DNA from: Felis catus
Taxonomy: Eukaryota
Length of the DNA stretch: 64,000 nt
Direction of reading: 5' to 3'
Assembly: GCF_018350175.1 (NCBI RefSeq)
Contig: NC_058368.1
Coordinates: forward strand, 138,634,001-138,698,000
A program made the position numbers and the translations under genes. Below the pieces are notes generated by a model. It was given only the letters and a program-made list of their open reading frames with translations. It searched no databases and was not told the origin of the DNA. Numbering within the stretch: position 1 is the first letter of the stretch; the number at the start of each line of letters is the position of its first letter. This document shows positions 48,125-60,099 of this stretch, in pieces.

Positions 48125-49190
48125 ACTGTTCAAACTGGATGATAAGTATTATTCCAAACATCTCCTCCGTGCAGATGACTCCTGAAACTCCAACCAAAAC
48201 CTCACGGGCCATCAACACAGTGAGGTGTTGGACATCGCACTTGGTCACTGGGCCTTCACCTAAGCCTCCACTTCGAGGCCTATTTTTTACCTCTGAGCCC
48301 AGAATGGTCTCCTCTTCAGATTCCTCCACTATTCCAATCTCTTGAGACTGAAATCTCAATGTTATGTCTCCTCTCTCCCCTACAGAAAGTGTCTCATCGG
48401 TGACCACATCATGTTCTTATTTCCACAAACTGATAATAGTCCTACCACCAACACAACTAACTTGGCCCCTTTACTTTCCTAGTATTACTGAAGAAGTTAC
48501 CTAACGGTTTCCTCAGCCAGTATCTGTTAACTACCATTTTATCCCCCACCTCTGTGTCAAATCGTCCTTCCCCCAAACAGCTTGACCCTGCCACCCTGTC
48601 ACTCAGGAACCTTCCATGACTCCTCATTGCTTACGTGTAATCACACCTAAAACCAGCCTGGCCTCCACAATTCGCCCCAATATATTTTTACAACCTCCTC
48701 TCCATCCCGCTCCGTTACACAAAACGTCAACCCCAGACACGTGTATTTGCTCATTCTCTTCCAAATGTGGTTTGCTCCTTCTATCCATCTTGCTTTCTCG
48801 TAGGTTGCTTTCTGCACCAGGACTGTCTTCCTAACCCGACTCTGACTCCCAAGGCTAAGGTCAGTCCCACTCTTCCTTAATGAGGTTCTTCATCCTCTAG
48901 CTTGAACTAATCACTCCTTCCTAAAACTTTCCTGTAATTATTCATATAATTCCCTTGGCAATTAACCACCCACTGCCTACTAACGTCTCTTCAATTATTG
49001 TTTTTTGTTTTTTGTTTTTTTTACTGTTAAATGCTTTGCTGTGATTTAAGTTTTCATTTTGTAAATCTTATGTCTTTCATTTTGTCTACCTCTTCTTTGG
49101 AAAGGGATGGGCTTATCCTCTTTATATCTCACAAAGCATTTCAGAATAACTTGTACCTGGTAAAAGCTCAATAAATGTTTGTTGATTTAA
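48125..49190 (+). mobile_element. L2 remnant (reverse transcriptase region to 3' end)
   Basis: gcagatgactcc at 48171-48182 (ADDS, remnant of the RT YADD motif); 3' end gctcaataaatgtttgttga. Confidence 0.7.
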
Positions 49191-49461
49191 TTTGTTGTCT
49201 AGATGGATTGAAACGTGCTTGCTTAGCTCTAACGTTTTAGACACGTTTAAGGTATCACTTCATATTCTCTCAGTTAACCTGCTTTCGTGGTTGTCCTTAG
49301 AGCCTTAAGAAAGCATGTGCCTCCAAAACGTTTGCGTATCCAGTCATGATTTTGTATTGTGTATCCTTTTTGCTGGCTTCGTGCATCACTATATGGAAAA
49401 TTTAGCCTTTTACTCTCCCATTAAACTAATGGAATGTGATTTCTAAATATGGAGAGTAGAC

Positions 49462-49694
49462 GGGGCGCCTGGGTGGCGCAGTCGGTTAAGCGTCCGACTT
49501 CAGCCAGGTCACGATCTCGCGGTCCGTGAGTTCGAGCCCCGCGTCGGGCTCTGGGCTGATGGCTCAGAGCCTGGAGCCTGTTTCCGATTCTGTGTCTCCC
49601 TCTCTCTCTGCCCTTCCCCCGTTCATGCTCTGTCTCTCTCTGTCCCAAAAATAAATAAACGTTGAAAAAAATTTTTAATAAATAAATAAATCAA
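49462..49694 (+). mobile_element. Young feline Can-SINE
   Basis: 17-bp TSD taaatatggagagtaga (49444-49460 / 49695-49711). Confidence 0.97.
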
Positions 49695-50444
49695 TAAATA
49701 TGGAGAGTAGAGAGCTAGATTAATTCTGCTATAGTTATGTCAAAGAAGAATTTCCACCCACCCCTCAAAGATCTCACTCAACAAAATTGTAAAAACAACA
49801 ACAACAAAAAAGCTTAGTTATCCACTCTTATTTTCCTCTAGTATTATTTAACATGCTTTGAAAAGAAATGAGTGTGATATACTCATTGACCTATTTGAAG
49901 GAAGCTAGATATCTGCAGACCTTGAAATATGATCAGCTTGCTGTATCCTCACACAGCCTCAGGGTTTTCCAGACGACTAGCGGCTGGTGATAAATTGCTG
50001 ACCAGCTGTCTTCTCCCTCCAGCTCACACCCAACCCACTTTACCCAACCATACTGAAAGTAAGTGTTCATCTGGTCCAACTCACTAAGTATCAGTCTAAG
50101 GTTGCAAAATAAGTACCTTCTCAGGCACCGGTATCCGTTGATTTGTAGTGGCTTCCAGGAGCGCAATGAGTGAAGAATTCTAAAACCACATCCGGGCTCA
50201 ACAGGAAGGGCTCCTTGGTGATGTCCGCCATGGGCACAAGAGGCAGATGTGTTAGCACCTGAACCACGTCTTTGCTGTCTCTGGCCCAAACCAAACTTAA
50301 AATGCTGAGTTCTTCACTGACAAAGATTCTGTTTTACTCACCTTGGCAACCTGTCTGCCTCTTTTTTTCCTGTCACCCAGACTTCCAGTGTCCATCATGA
50401 AGTTGGCACCGTTTGAGCATAGCTACTGAGATGTACCCGTGCCT

Positions 50445-50945
50445 ATGGTGGACATGCTTGTGTTCTCTGTCACAGTCAGTTTCCACTTCCCCTTTTTGTG
50501 GAAACAGTCCCTATTTCCTTTGGAAACCTATTTATGTCCTACTTCCAGTCCATGGAGTTCTGGGGGAGATGGTTTTCTACCCCAGGCTCATTTGGGCCAG
50601 CCCAACAGACCACTGCATTTCTCAATACTTATTGGCTTAGGAAGGGCACGTGATCCTAAGGGTCAGTGAGGTATCTTGAGATTTTTGCTGAGGTGTTTGA
50701 CAGAGGTCCTGTCATTGTTCTTGCTTGCTGGATTTGAACCTAACTCCATGCTGTCACATGGAATTGAGAGTTTTAAGCTAACAAAATGAAAGACCAAGTC
50801 AAAATATGACGATGACAATAGTAGCCGTGATTACATCAACTGAGTCCCAAAGCCTCTCATTCCTATACCCTGACTACATCTCATCAATAAATTCCCTTTT
50901 CTGCTTAAGCCTTTTTGAAGTTTTTGTTCCTTGTAACTGACACAG
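50445..50945 (+). mobile_element. Old MaLR LTR (MLT1-like)
   Basis: 3' end caataaattcccttttctgcttaagcc...ttttgttccttgtaactga. Confidence 0.6.
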
Positions 50946-53900
50946 TGCCCCTGAGATAAACCTTTATAAGGGCCTTCTTTGACTCTTGACACCTGCCAAA
51001 AATGATAATAATGTCTCGTGAAAATGGTGAGAAAAGGCTGCTTTGGTGGGATTTATGCTGATGTTAAGAAAGATCACACCCTACCAATAGAAAATAGAGC
51101 AATTCAAAAACAAAACTTTTGGAAATTGGTTGGGTGTGTCTTTTGTGTTATGGCACTGCTTTCTTCTGAGTGTTGATAATTGAGAATGGGCTATTTACTT
51201 TATAAGTAATCTAACAGCAGTTCAAATGGGTCAGTGAGGGAGGTTTGGTGGCTGAGTCACTGTCAGAGCAGTGTTTGGGTGGCAATCTCCAAAGCAAGAA
51301 GGGAGGACTTCTCCAGAAGCAGGAGGACGGGGCCAGGCAGCAGTGGGAAAAGTTGACAACCATAGGCGTTCCAACTCTTGGCGCAGAGCCTCCCAGGCTC
51401 ACACACCTTGAACGCTTTCTGCAGCAGATGAGGAGGTAACAGGGCGGGGTCATAGCCTACTACTCCATGCAGATAGTTCTCAAGAGGAAGGTTCTTCCTA
51501 GAAGTGTCTACACTCACTGGGTTTTGCCAGCTTTGTTACATTTCTTGAGTACCTAATCATGTCAGAAAATTGCCCAGGGGGCTATGCCCATTGCTTAGCA
51601 AGTATCTTTGACATTACTAACCTTGAGTAACCTGAAGAAGCAGTAGAGACTTGGCCATGACCCAATTCTCTTCATCTTATGTTGATATTTTTCCCAACTA
51701 AAAATAGTAGCTTCCTGCTTCCCTGAGATCAGGCTCAGAGGGAGCCTTAAACATCAATGTTGAAATGCTTATTTCAGCTCCAGGAAAATGAGCCTGTTGT
51801 GTTTCAACAGAATTGCTGTCTGAAGCAAAGCTATCTTTTGCTGCAACACCCCCACAAAGCCCTACAGGAAAGGGTCACACAAGCATCTACAAAGAGAAAA
51901 ATCAGCAAAAATTTCCTTTCTTCTCTTTCTTTTTTCCTCCCTTTTAGCTCTGAGCTATGAATGTGCTTAAAAGTCCAAGTGACGAGGCCAATTCTGAATG
52001 GCCCTTGTTCTTCAGAGCAAGTTCAAAGATACTGAAAGTCAGTCTCTGGGGCTGACTGGGAAATGATGCTTTATATTTAGCCGCCAAAAAAGTTTAAAGT
52101 CTGGAGTTTTCATAGGAATTCAAAGGTGAGAGTGGAGAGGGAAGTTAGAGATTGTTCCATGACGTTGGAAGATATGGCGCTTTTTTTTTTTTTTTCCTTC
52201 AGGCAAATCAAACTCACACAGCTGTGCCTTTGGAACAATTAGACACACCTAGATCAGACTGGGATGCCAAGGAAATGCCCCAGGAGAGAAACAGTAAACA
52301 TTCTGACATCATATGCTCTGATTGACTTTTTAAAGTCTGAGGTCTTTTCACAGAGATTTTACTAAGATAAAAATGCAAGCATCTGAACCATATGCCTAAG
52401 TGTTTCCTCCGTGCTGCTGGCCTGAGCAGCTGGCAAAACATGATCCAGGACAGATAAACCATCCTGACAAAAGCATTTCAGAGGAATCTGCGGGACAGGG
52501 TCTGAAAGATGTCTGAATTTTAAAAAGGTACTAATTGCTCAAAGCATGAAACAATTCCTCTGAAATCTAACCCAGTACCTTAATAGAACCCAGGATGACA
52601 GCAAGAGAAACTCAGAGGGAAAACCTGCTTGCTTTCTAACTCCTCCAGATAAGGAAGAAAAATATCCCCACAAAGCATAGGGTAATGTGGAAGAAGGCAC
52701 TGGCTGGAGCTTTTCAGGCACTGATGAGTCCTTCAAGAACTTTAACAAAAACTTGACTTTATCAACTGACCAAGAAACGGAGGAGAAAAAAACCTATTAC
52801 TAAGGAACAGCTAGAGAGGAGGTTATTGGTCTTTGTGCAGACTTCTAATGCCTGTCGATTCAGTCCTTCCAACAGCCAACACAAAGGGGAGGGATCTGGA
52901 CCCAAATGGCATGAGTGGTTGACTCACTCAGTACCTCTGACCCTCCAGGGGGAACATGAAACTCACAAGTGGGGCCTGGTCTGCTTCTTTGGCACATGCA
53001 GTATGGATTCCATACCAGCAATCAATAACTGTCCAATAAGAATTTATAAAACACATAAACTCCTACATTACTGGGCAGTGAAACCAACTAAGTATTGAAA
53101 TGGCCAGATGCCATCTGAACCAATCAGGGCCTGGGGACTTAGGTGTCCATTGCCATGTCTTATATGGCCATGGTGTCTTCACATCAGGAGTTCTCAAAGG
53201 TTTCAGGCTGTCCAATGATCATTTCTCACCCTTATTTTTTATAAAAATGTTGAAACTCAAAAATGAGCAAACATCTCAGTATCTCACACACAAAAATAGG
53301 TTCAAGTAGGACCCTCAGCTCTTGGTCCCCATTGTCAATGGCATTTGTGATAAGAACTAATGAACCAAATCAAATAAAGAATGATAGTTTCAGGATAGCT
53401 ATTCTATGCCCCCAATGAATACTTAATATAGTACTGTTGTCTGCAAAAAATATGATCTAAACAAATAACGACAATAAAAAAATCCCAAGCTTATTCAGTA
53501 TGCACATATCAATCTCTGGTGATGTCTCCGGGAATTAATTGAGTATAAAATATGGTGCAGAAATAGGGGTATTCTCATACCCCTAGGGGTAATGAAGGAT
53601 AACAATTTCCTGAAATACATCAATGAGCCCAGTGTCCCATTACCCTCCCCTCCGTCCCCTTCTTCTCTGCCTCTTCCTTCCACTGAGGCAGCAATACACA
53701 ACCAAGGGAGTTGCTGAGATTACTAAACAGAAGATGAATCACGGCTGTGGGGCCTACGGCTCTGCCAGAGTTCAGGAGAAAGTCACTCTCGGGTGGTAAG
53801 GGCCTCATTATTGATGATATGGAGGCAGCAGTGTATCTTCTTTAAAAGATAAACTGGTGTTATCTACACTTCATAGGGTAAGTTAAAATCCCTTGAGCTT

Positions 53901-56744
53901 ATCTACCAACTTGAAGATGGACATATTCTTTATGAGCAGACGTTTTAGAGGGAGATTGTGCTAAAGCCTTAGCCTCGTGTCTCATTGGTATTAGCCCAAG
54001 AGGAGTGACCAGTCACATGGTGTCTGTGTAGATGACGCTCTCTCCTGTCTTCAGAATTCGCTAGAATTCGACCTTCTGCTTTGGCTGGATTTCTGAGTTT
54101 TGGGGAATTTCGTATGCTTGTTTTGGGGGGAAAGAAAATAATGTTATCACCGTTGCAGCTATCTACTATGGAGGTCTTCGAGCTTCTGGTTCACCCGCTA
54201 TGTGCCAGGCTCTGTGCTTAGTCCATAGCACACACATGATCTCATTTAAAGATAAGCATCACCTCTTCAGTACTCCAAGAAATTAAGTCTCTTGCTCAAA
54301 GTCATGCGCTGGTAAATGACTGAAAAATTGGAAGCCCCATATGTGTCCTTTCTCTACAAGCTCAAGACTGTAGCTTGGCCCAGTGCATAAGAATGGGGAA
54401 GAAGCCACCACTGCGCATATAATCTGCAGCAACATAAACCTGCCTGCAGTGTTCCCGTGTGAAAAATAAGAACACATCTGCCTTTGCCCAGCTTGTCAGT
54501 GAAGAGCCTGCCACTCCTCCCAGTCAATGGAGAACAACGGACATGGGCCCTCTTTTCTTGCTCTGCAGGTGAGAATCAACAACTAAACCTCAGTGTGTAA
54601 CTGGCTGATCTGGGTGGCCGAAAGAAGTATCTAGAGCTTGTGAGAATACGAAACATTCACGTGGTATGTGAACCACCCAGTGTTGCCAGCTCCCTGGTAC
54701 CCAGTGCAAACCTTCCTGCTTGGGCTCTTGACAAAGAGATAAAGATCAAAGAAATCAATTTTACCACACATTAGAAAGTTCCCCGTACGGTATGGTTGCA
54801 CACAGACACAATATAATCATAAGTTAACACATATTTGTGCCGTGTAATTTATACGTGAATGTATATGCTCTGCTTAGTGTAGAAAGTTAAAATCTGGAGA
54901 GAACCATGTTGAAGAATACTGGTTCTCGGCATACGGGCAAGCTGACCTCATCACCATTTCTGGGCCATCTGTATTTCTTTTATTACATTAAAGCAACACT
55001 GACCAGCATGGTGGGAATATAACTATGATTACATAACTGTGTTTGGAAATTTTACCAGATTAGAATCTCATCAGCATTTCCTCCAAATCCCTGTCTCCCA
55101 GTTTGCTGGGCATGGGTCCACAAGAGATCACTGTTTTTCCAAGAATGGCTATAGAGACAGTCAAGGTCAACCGTCACCAAATCACAAGGAGCCCTTCTTA
55201 AACTTTTCTACCATAATCTCCTAAAGACAGAGTTAGCACATCGCCTAGATGGTTAGTCCAAGGCAAAGATCTTGGGTGACTTATGTATTTAGAACTGAAG
55301 CTTCAAAGAGATGCATCATATGTATCCAGTATTTCAGGTGCCACCTTGCATTCTGAGGGTGCAAATAGAGAATGTAACGTCCTTGCTTCTTAAAAATGAG
55401 GGCAGAGTTCAATTTATCGTAAATCAATAATGAACTGCGGCATGCCCGGTTTTAAACAAGGATGTATAAATGTGCATGGGTTTTGTGTCCCAGTTGTGCT
55501 GGCAACACAGTCACCACTTGACAGAAAGGAGCAATTGTCATATCGCTACTGAAGGGCTTGTTTCCCAGGCAGGGCTCCTGGTCTGCAACCAGAAAGCTGA
55601 CTCATTGGAATGTTTCTGCACTGACCCCGCCTGGGAATCCCCAGAGAACCCTCCCAGGCTCTCTTTCCTTCCTTAGCAGTGAGCTGGAGAGGTGAGTGTC
55701 CCACTGTTGTTCTCTGGGACCACATCTCAGCTGCCCCCCGCTTCACAGAACAGGTCTTCTGCCTGAGTGGGGTCCCCATATGAAATGGGCACCAGGGTGT
55801 AGAAGCAGTGGCCTCCACGTGGCGAAGTCCTGTTACAGCACTGCAGGCTGTTGTCATCAAGCCTTATCTGGCCATCTGGGTATATTTGGAAGGGTGGTTG
55901 CCAGGCACCAGGCCCGTGGGCGGCGACTGAGGCAGTGCCAGCAAGTAGGGCTTCTCGCGGGACTGACACTCATACTCACGTGGGACACATTGAGCGGTAG
56001 GACCTCAAAGAAATAGTGGGAGGTGCTAGGAGGGAAGTCAGAGCCTGAAAGACCCCTGAGGCTGGGGAGGGAGAGGCAGCCCACAGAGAAGCAGAGAAGG
56101 TTCTGGAAGGTTGTGTCAGAGGTAGTGCTATTATTCCCTAAAGCACCCTCAGAAAGAGCCATCAGTCTCCTTCTCTTGCCAGAACTTCTTGGGCCACCGC
56201 AGTTGCCTTTGGCTCTCAGACTGGACCAACTCTAGAGGAGGATAACACAAATACATGAATGTGTGTGCTGTGCGTGTCTCTGTGTTCTGCCCTAATTGCA
56301 AGGCAGCAACTTTTTCCTCTCCTTTTCCAGAGATGAAAAAAAAAAAAAAAAGTACAGCAGATTTAACAAATATAAAGCTAAATTAATTTCTCCAGTTTTC
56401 AGGTAAAGAAAAGCGTGTATACTGGAGTTAAACTTCTGTTTCCTCCAGAACCCTGGGGCATAGAGGGGTGGGGAAGGTTGTAATATATTCTGGTGTGAGG
56501 GTACGTCAAAAAAAAAAAAAAGAAGACAGAAAAAACCAAAGTGGAAAATAAATAAAAGGAAAGAGAAGAATGAACTCGGGAGTAGGTAGAGAAGAGGCCT
56601 TTAAGGGCGAATAAACCTTCAGACTTCACCTCAGTGGAATATGAAGAGATTAAAAGTGTGAATTAAGTACAGATCATAGAGTTGGATTTTATACTGTCCC
56701 CTGTGCAAGCTGGGCAGGAGGAAATGGACCTGAGGGCCCAGGAG

Positions 56745-57010
56745 GGCAGTAATAACTAATGATTGCATGGCACATACACATGTACATGCTCTTTGGAGTG
56801 CCTCTCATGATTTAGTGCTCACAACAACCCTGGGGGTCCTGGGGGGAAGGGGCAGGGCACAGTATCACTCTCCTTATTTTTTAGATTTGAAACCTGTGGC
56901 CCAGAGGGTTTAGTGACCTGCCCAAGGTCACACAGTTTGTGAGAGAGGGACCCAGGATTGGAGCACAGGTGCTCAAATGGGTTGACCCAGAATCCATCTT
57001 CTTAAGCACT
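56745..57010 (-). mobile_element. MIR
   Basis: ctcacaacaaccctg...gaaacctgtggcccagagggtttagtgacctgcccaaggtcacacag. Confidence 0.82.
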
Positions 57011-57370
57011 ACCCTCTATCACTTCTCCAGGATCGTAGTTCTTAAGTGTATGTTCACTGTTATTCTCAGAAGTGGTTTCCTAAGAGCAACATTACATTGT
57101 TAATAAAGGAAAACACGGGGTAAAGAGAAACGTCAAGCAGTCTTAGAAAATAATCCGAACCAGAGCTGAGTGTGGGAGGGCCAGTGAGGCAGCCTTTAGA
57201 AGGAAGTCCGTCTGCATAGTTGGATGGTTAGCAATGCTCCACACACAGGAGACTGGGGCGGACCGAGCACAGGATCTCTGACTTCCCTAGGTTCCCTAGG
57301 TTCTCTTCCCTAGGTAAGTAAAGGAAGAGTTTCCCAGGGGTGTCATTATCTCATAGTCCTATCGCCTGCC

Positions 57371-57485
57371 TTAAAATACTCAGCCTTGAGTTTCTTAAAA
57401 ACTCAAACTTCAAATCTTTCTTAAAATACTCAGCCCTGAGTTTCTTCAAAACTCAAAACTCAAATCTTTCTTAAAAACTCAAACT
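57371..57485. repeat. 50-bp tandem duplication (2 copies plus a partial)
   Basis: 57371-57420 and 57421-57470 are near-identical (ttaaaatactcagcc...caaatctttc). Confidence 0.92.
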
Positions 57486-57920
57486 ACAGCTGGAGACAAA
57501 AACAAAAACCAAAAACAATTCCATTTTCATTACCTAAGGGGTCGATGACTACAGATAAAGCAGTCAGGTAGAGCAATACTGGAAATCATTCAGACACAGA
57601 ATCCACCGGACTATTCTTGTTGGCCTGACATCATCCTACGGACATACCTTGTTTTCTTCCCCTTGGTTTGAGGAGAAATTGCTGGGAAAAAGTTGTCACC
57701 AGCTGCTCTGGCCAAAGGCCTATCTTCTTTCTATTCCATTTTTTTTTCTTTTTGCTATGTCTAGCACTTTTCATAGTCTTTGCAGGGCCAGAAAAGCCAC
57801 TGTGTATTTGGAATACTATTTAATTGGTCTATAGCACTCTTCAGTTGTAAATTCCTTGCTGGAAAAAAGAAAAAAGCAAAAAAAAAAAAAAACAAACCCC
57901 ACATAAATTTCCATTAAATC

Positions 57921-58142
57921 GGGGCGCCTGGGTGGCGCAGTCGGTTAAGCGTCCGACTTCAGCTCAGGTCACGATCTCACGGTCCGTGAGTTCGAGCCCC
58001 GCGTCAGGCTCTGAGCTGATGGCTCAGAGCCTGGAGCCTGTTTCCGATTCTGTGTCTCCCTCTCTCTCTGCCCCTCGCCCGTTCATGCTCTGTCTCTCTC
58101 TGTCCCAAAAATAAATAAACGTTGAAAAAAAAATTTTTTTAA
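57921..58142 (+). mobile_element. Feline Can-SINE
   Basis: Perfect 18-bp TSD ataaatttccattaaatc (57903-57920 / 58143-58160). Confidence 0.97.
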
Positions 58143-58784
58143 ATAAATTTCCATTAAATCAAACAAATTCTATCCCAATAAATAACACCTCAGAAAAAAT
58201 TAAAAACTTTTTTTATTGTTGTAATTTTTTTCTCTCTGGATGCTATTGTATGGCCAAGTTGGACAGGTAGGCATCACTCCCCCAAAATATAATTACTGAA
58301 TAGTGACATAAGAGGAGTGATAGATGCTCTGATGTGGGTTCCAAACCTTCTTCAGAGTTTCTGTAGCCAAAGAGGGATGTTGTTCCTGATAAGTGTCTCG
58401 GACTAAACCGCTCGGGAAGAAATAAAATCTTGTTACGTGATCAGCTCCCTGTTGTCCTTTTGCTTTCCCCCTTCCTTTGTGTAGCATCAGTCCAGGAGAG
58501 AATGTGTTGTTGGCACTGGGTGTGTCAGAATTCAATTCAGTGAGGAGTGATTCTCAGTTGGGATGTCATAAAGGACTGCTCTGTCTCAACCATGGATAAG
58601 GAAGATCACAAGCAAGTTATTACTCATAAGAGAATACCAAAGTGTGGGAATGAGTTCCCTGACAAAAACAATGAATTAGAACCGACTAAATTCTCTTAGC
58701 CTGTCAAAGTCACTCAAAAACCCATGTATTCCACTACGCTTTCTTAAATGGCAAAGAAAGAGAGTTACAGCTAGTAAAAGAAAC

Positions 58785-59725
58785 TGCACATCCTCAATAT
58801 ACAGCGATGGGCCACCTCATACCCTCTGGGATGGCTAAAGCAAACAAACTGAAAATTAGCATTGCCAAGGATATGGAGAAATTGGAACTCTTTATTTATT
58901 TATTTATTTTATTTTTTTAACGTTTATTTCTCACTGAGAGACAGAGCATGAGCATGGGAGGGGCAGGGAGAGGGAGAGACCCAGAATCCGAAGCAGGCTC
59001 CAGGCCCTGAGCTGTCGGCACACAGCCCGACGCCAGGCTTGAACTCAGAAACCGCGAGACCATGACCTGAGCTGAAGTCGGACGCTTCACCGACTGAGCC
59101 ACCCAGGCGCCCCGAGAAATTGGAACTCTTAGGCACTGTTGGTGGGAATTTAATGGTGCAGCTGCTATCTAAAGCAGTGTGGAGTTTCCTCAAAAATTGA
59201 AAAGAAGATTACCACATGATACAGCGATTCTACTTTGGGGTATATATCCAAAAGAATTGAAAGCTGTGTCTTGCAAAGGTATTTGTACACCTTGTTCATA
59301 GTAGCATTATTCACAATAGCCAAAAGGTGGAAATAACTCAAGTGTCCATCAATGGATGAACGGATAAACAAAATATGGCATATGCTTACAGCAGAATAGT
59401 ATATTCAGCCTAAAAAGGAAGGAATTCTGATAAAGGCTACAACATGGATGAATCTAGAGGACATTACGTTAAGTGAAAGAAACCAGTCACAAAAACAAAT
59501 ACTATATGAGAATGGTCAAATTCATAGAGGCAGAAGGTAGAAAGGTGGTGTCCAGGGGCTGGTGGGAGAGTGAAATGCAGTTCAATGGCTAGAGAGTTTC
59601 AGTTTTGCAATAGGAAAACAGTTCCGGAGATCAGGTACTCAACAGTGTGAGTGTTACTGACCTGTACATTCAAAAAACAGATAAGACGGTACATTTTATG
59701 TTACGTGTATTTTACCAAAAATTTT
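58785..59725 (+). mobile_element. L1MB-like 3' end, interrupted by a SINE
   Basis: gggtatatatccaaaagaattgaaagc, tgttcatagtagcattattcacaatagccaaaaggtgg, ends ttttatgttacgtgtattttacca. Confidence 0.92.
58893..59113 (-). mobile_element. Can-SINE inside L1
   Basis: Perfect 17-bp TSD gagaaattggaactctt (58876-58892 / 59114-59130). Confidence 0.96.
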
Positions 59726-59734
59726 TTAAGATTT

Positions 59735-59963
59735 TTGTTTTGTTTTTTTTAATTTTAAATCTTTTTTCAATGCTTATTTATTTTTGAGAGAGAAAGAGAG
59801 AGAGACAGAACACGAGCAGGGAAGGGGCAGAGAGAGAGGGAGACACAGAATCCCAAGCGGGCTCCAGGCTCTGAGCTGTCAGCACAGAGCCAGACGCGGG
59901 GCTCGAACCCACAAACCTGAGTCGGAGTCGGACGCTTAACCGACTGAGCCACCCAGGCACCCC
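59735..59963 (-). mobile_element. Can-SINE with a 14-bp internal deletion
   Basis: gaacccacaaacc|tgagtcgg lacks the gtgagatcatgacc segment present in other copies. Confidence 0.93.
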
Positions 59964-60099
59964 TAAAGATTATTTTTTTCAGAATACTACTTTGGGATCG
60001 TGAGTTGCACATGAATTGTCACCCAGCAGGTGTGCAAGGTGGGAAAACCGCTTTTGAAGACAGAGCACTGGGAAGCTGCAAGGTGACGCTAAGATCAAG

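Noticed and set aside
48030..48407. 125-aa minus-strand ORF
   Set aside because: Antisense to the L2 reverse transcriptase remnant
57371..57485. CRISPR-like palindromic direct repeats
   Set aside because: No unique spacers, only about 2 units, no cas genes, mammalian context
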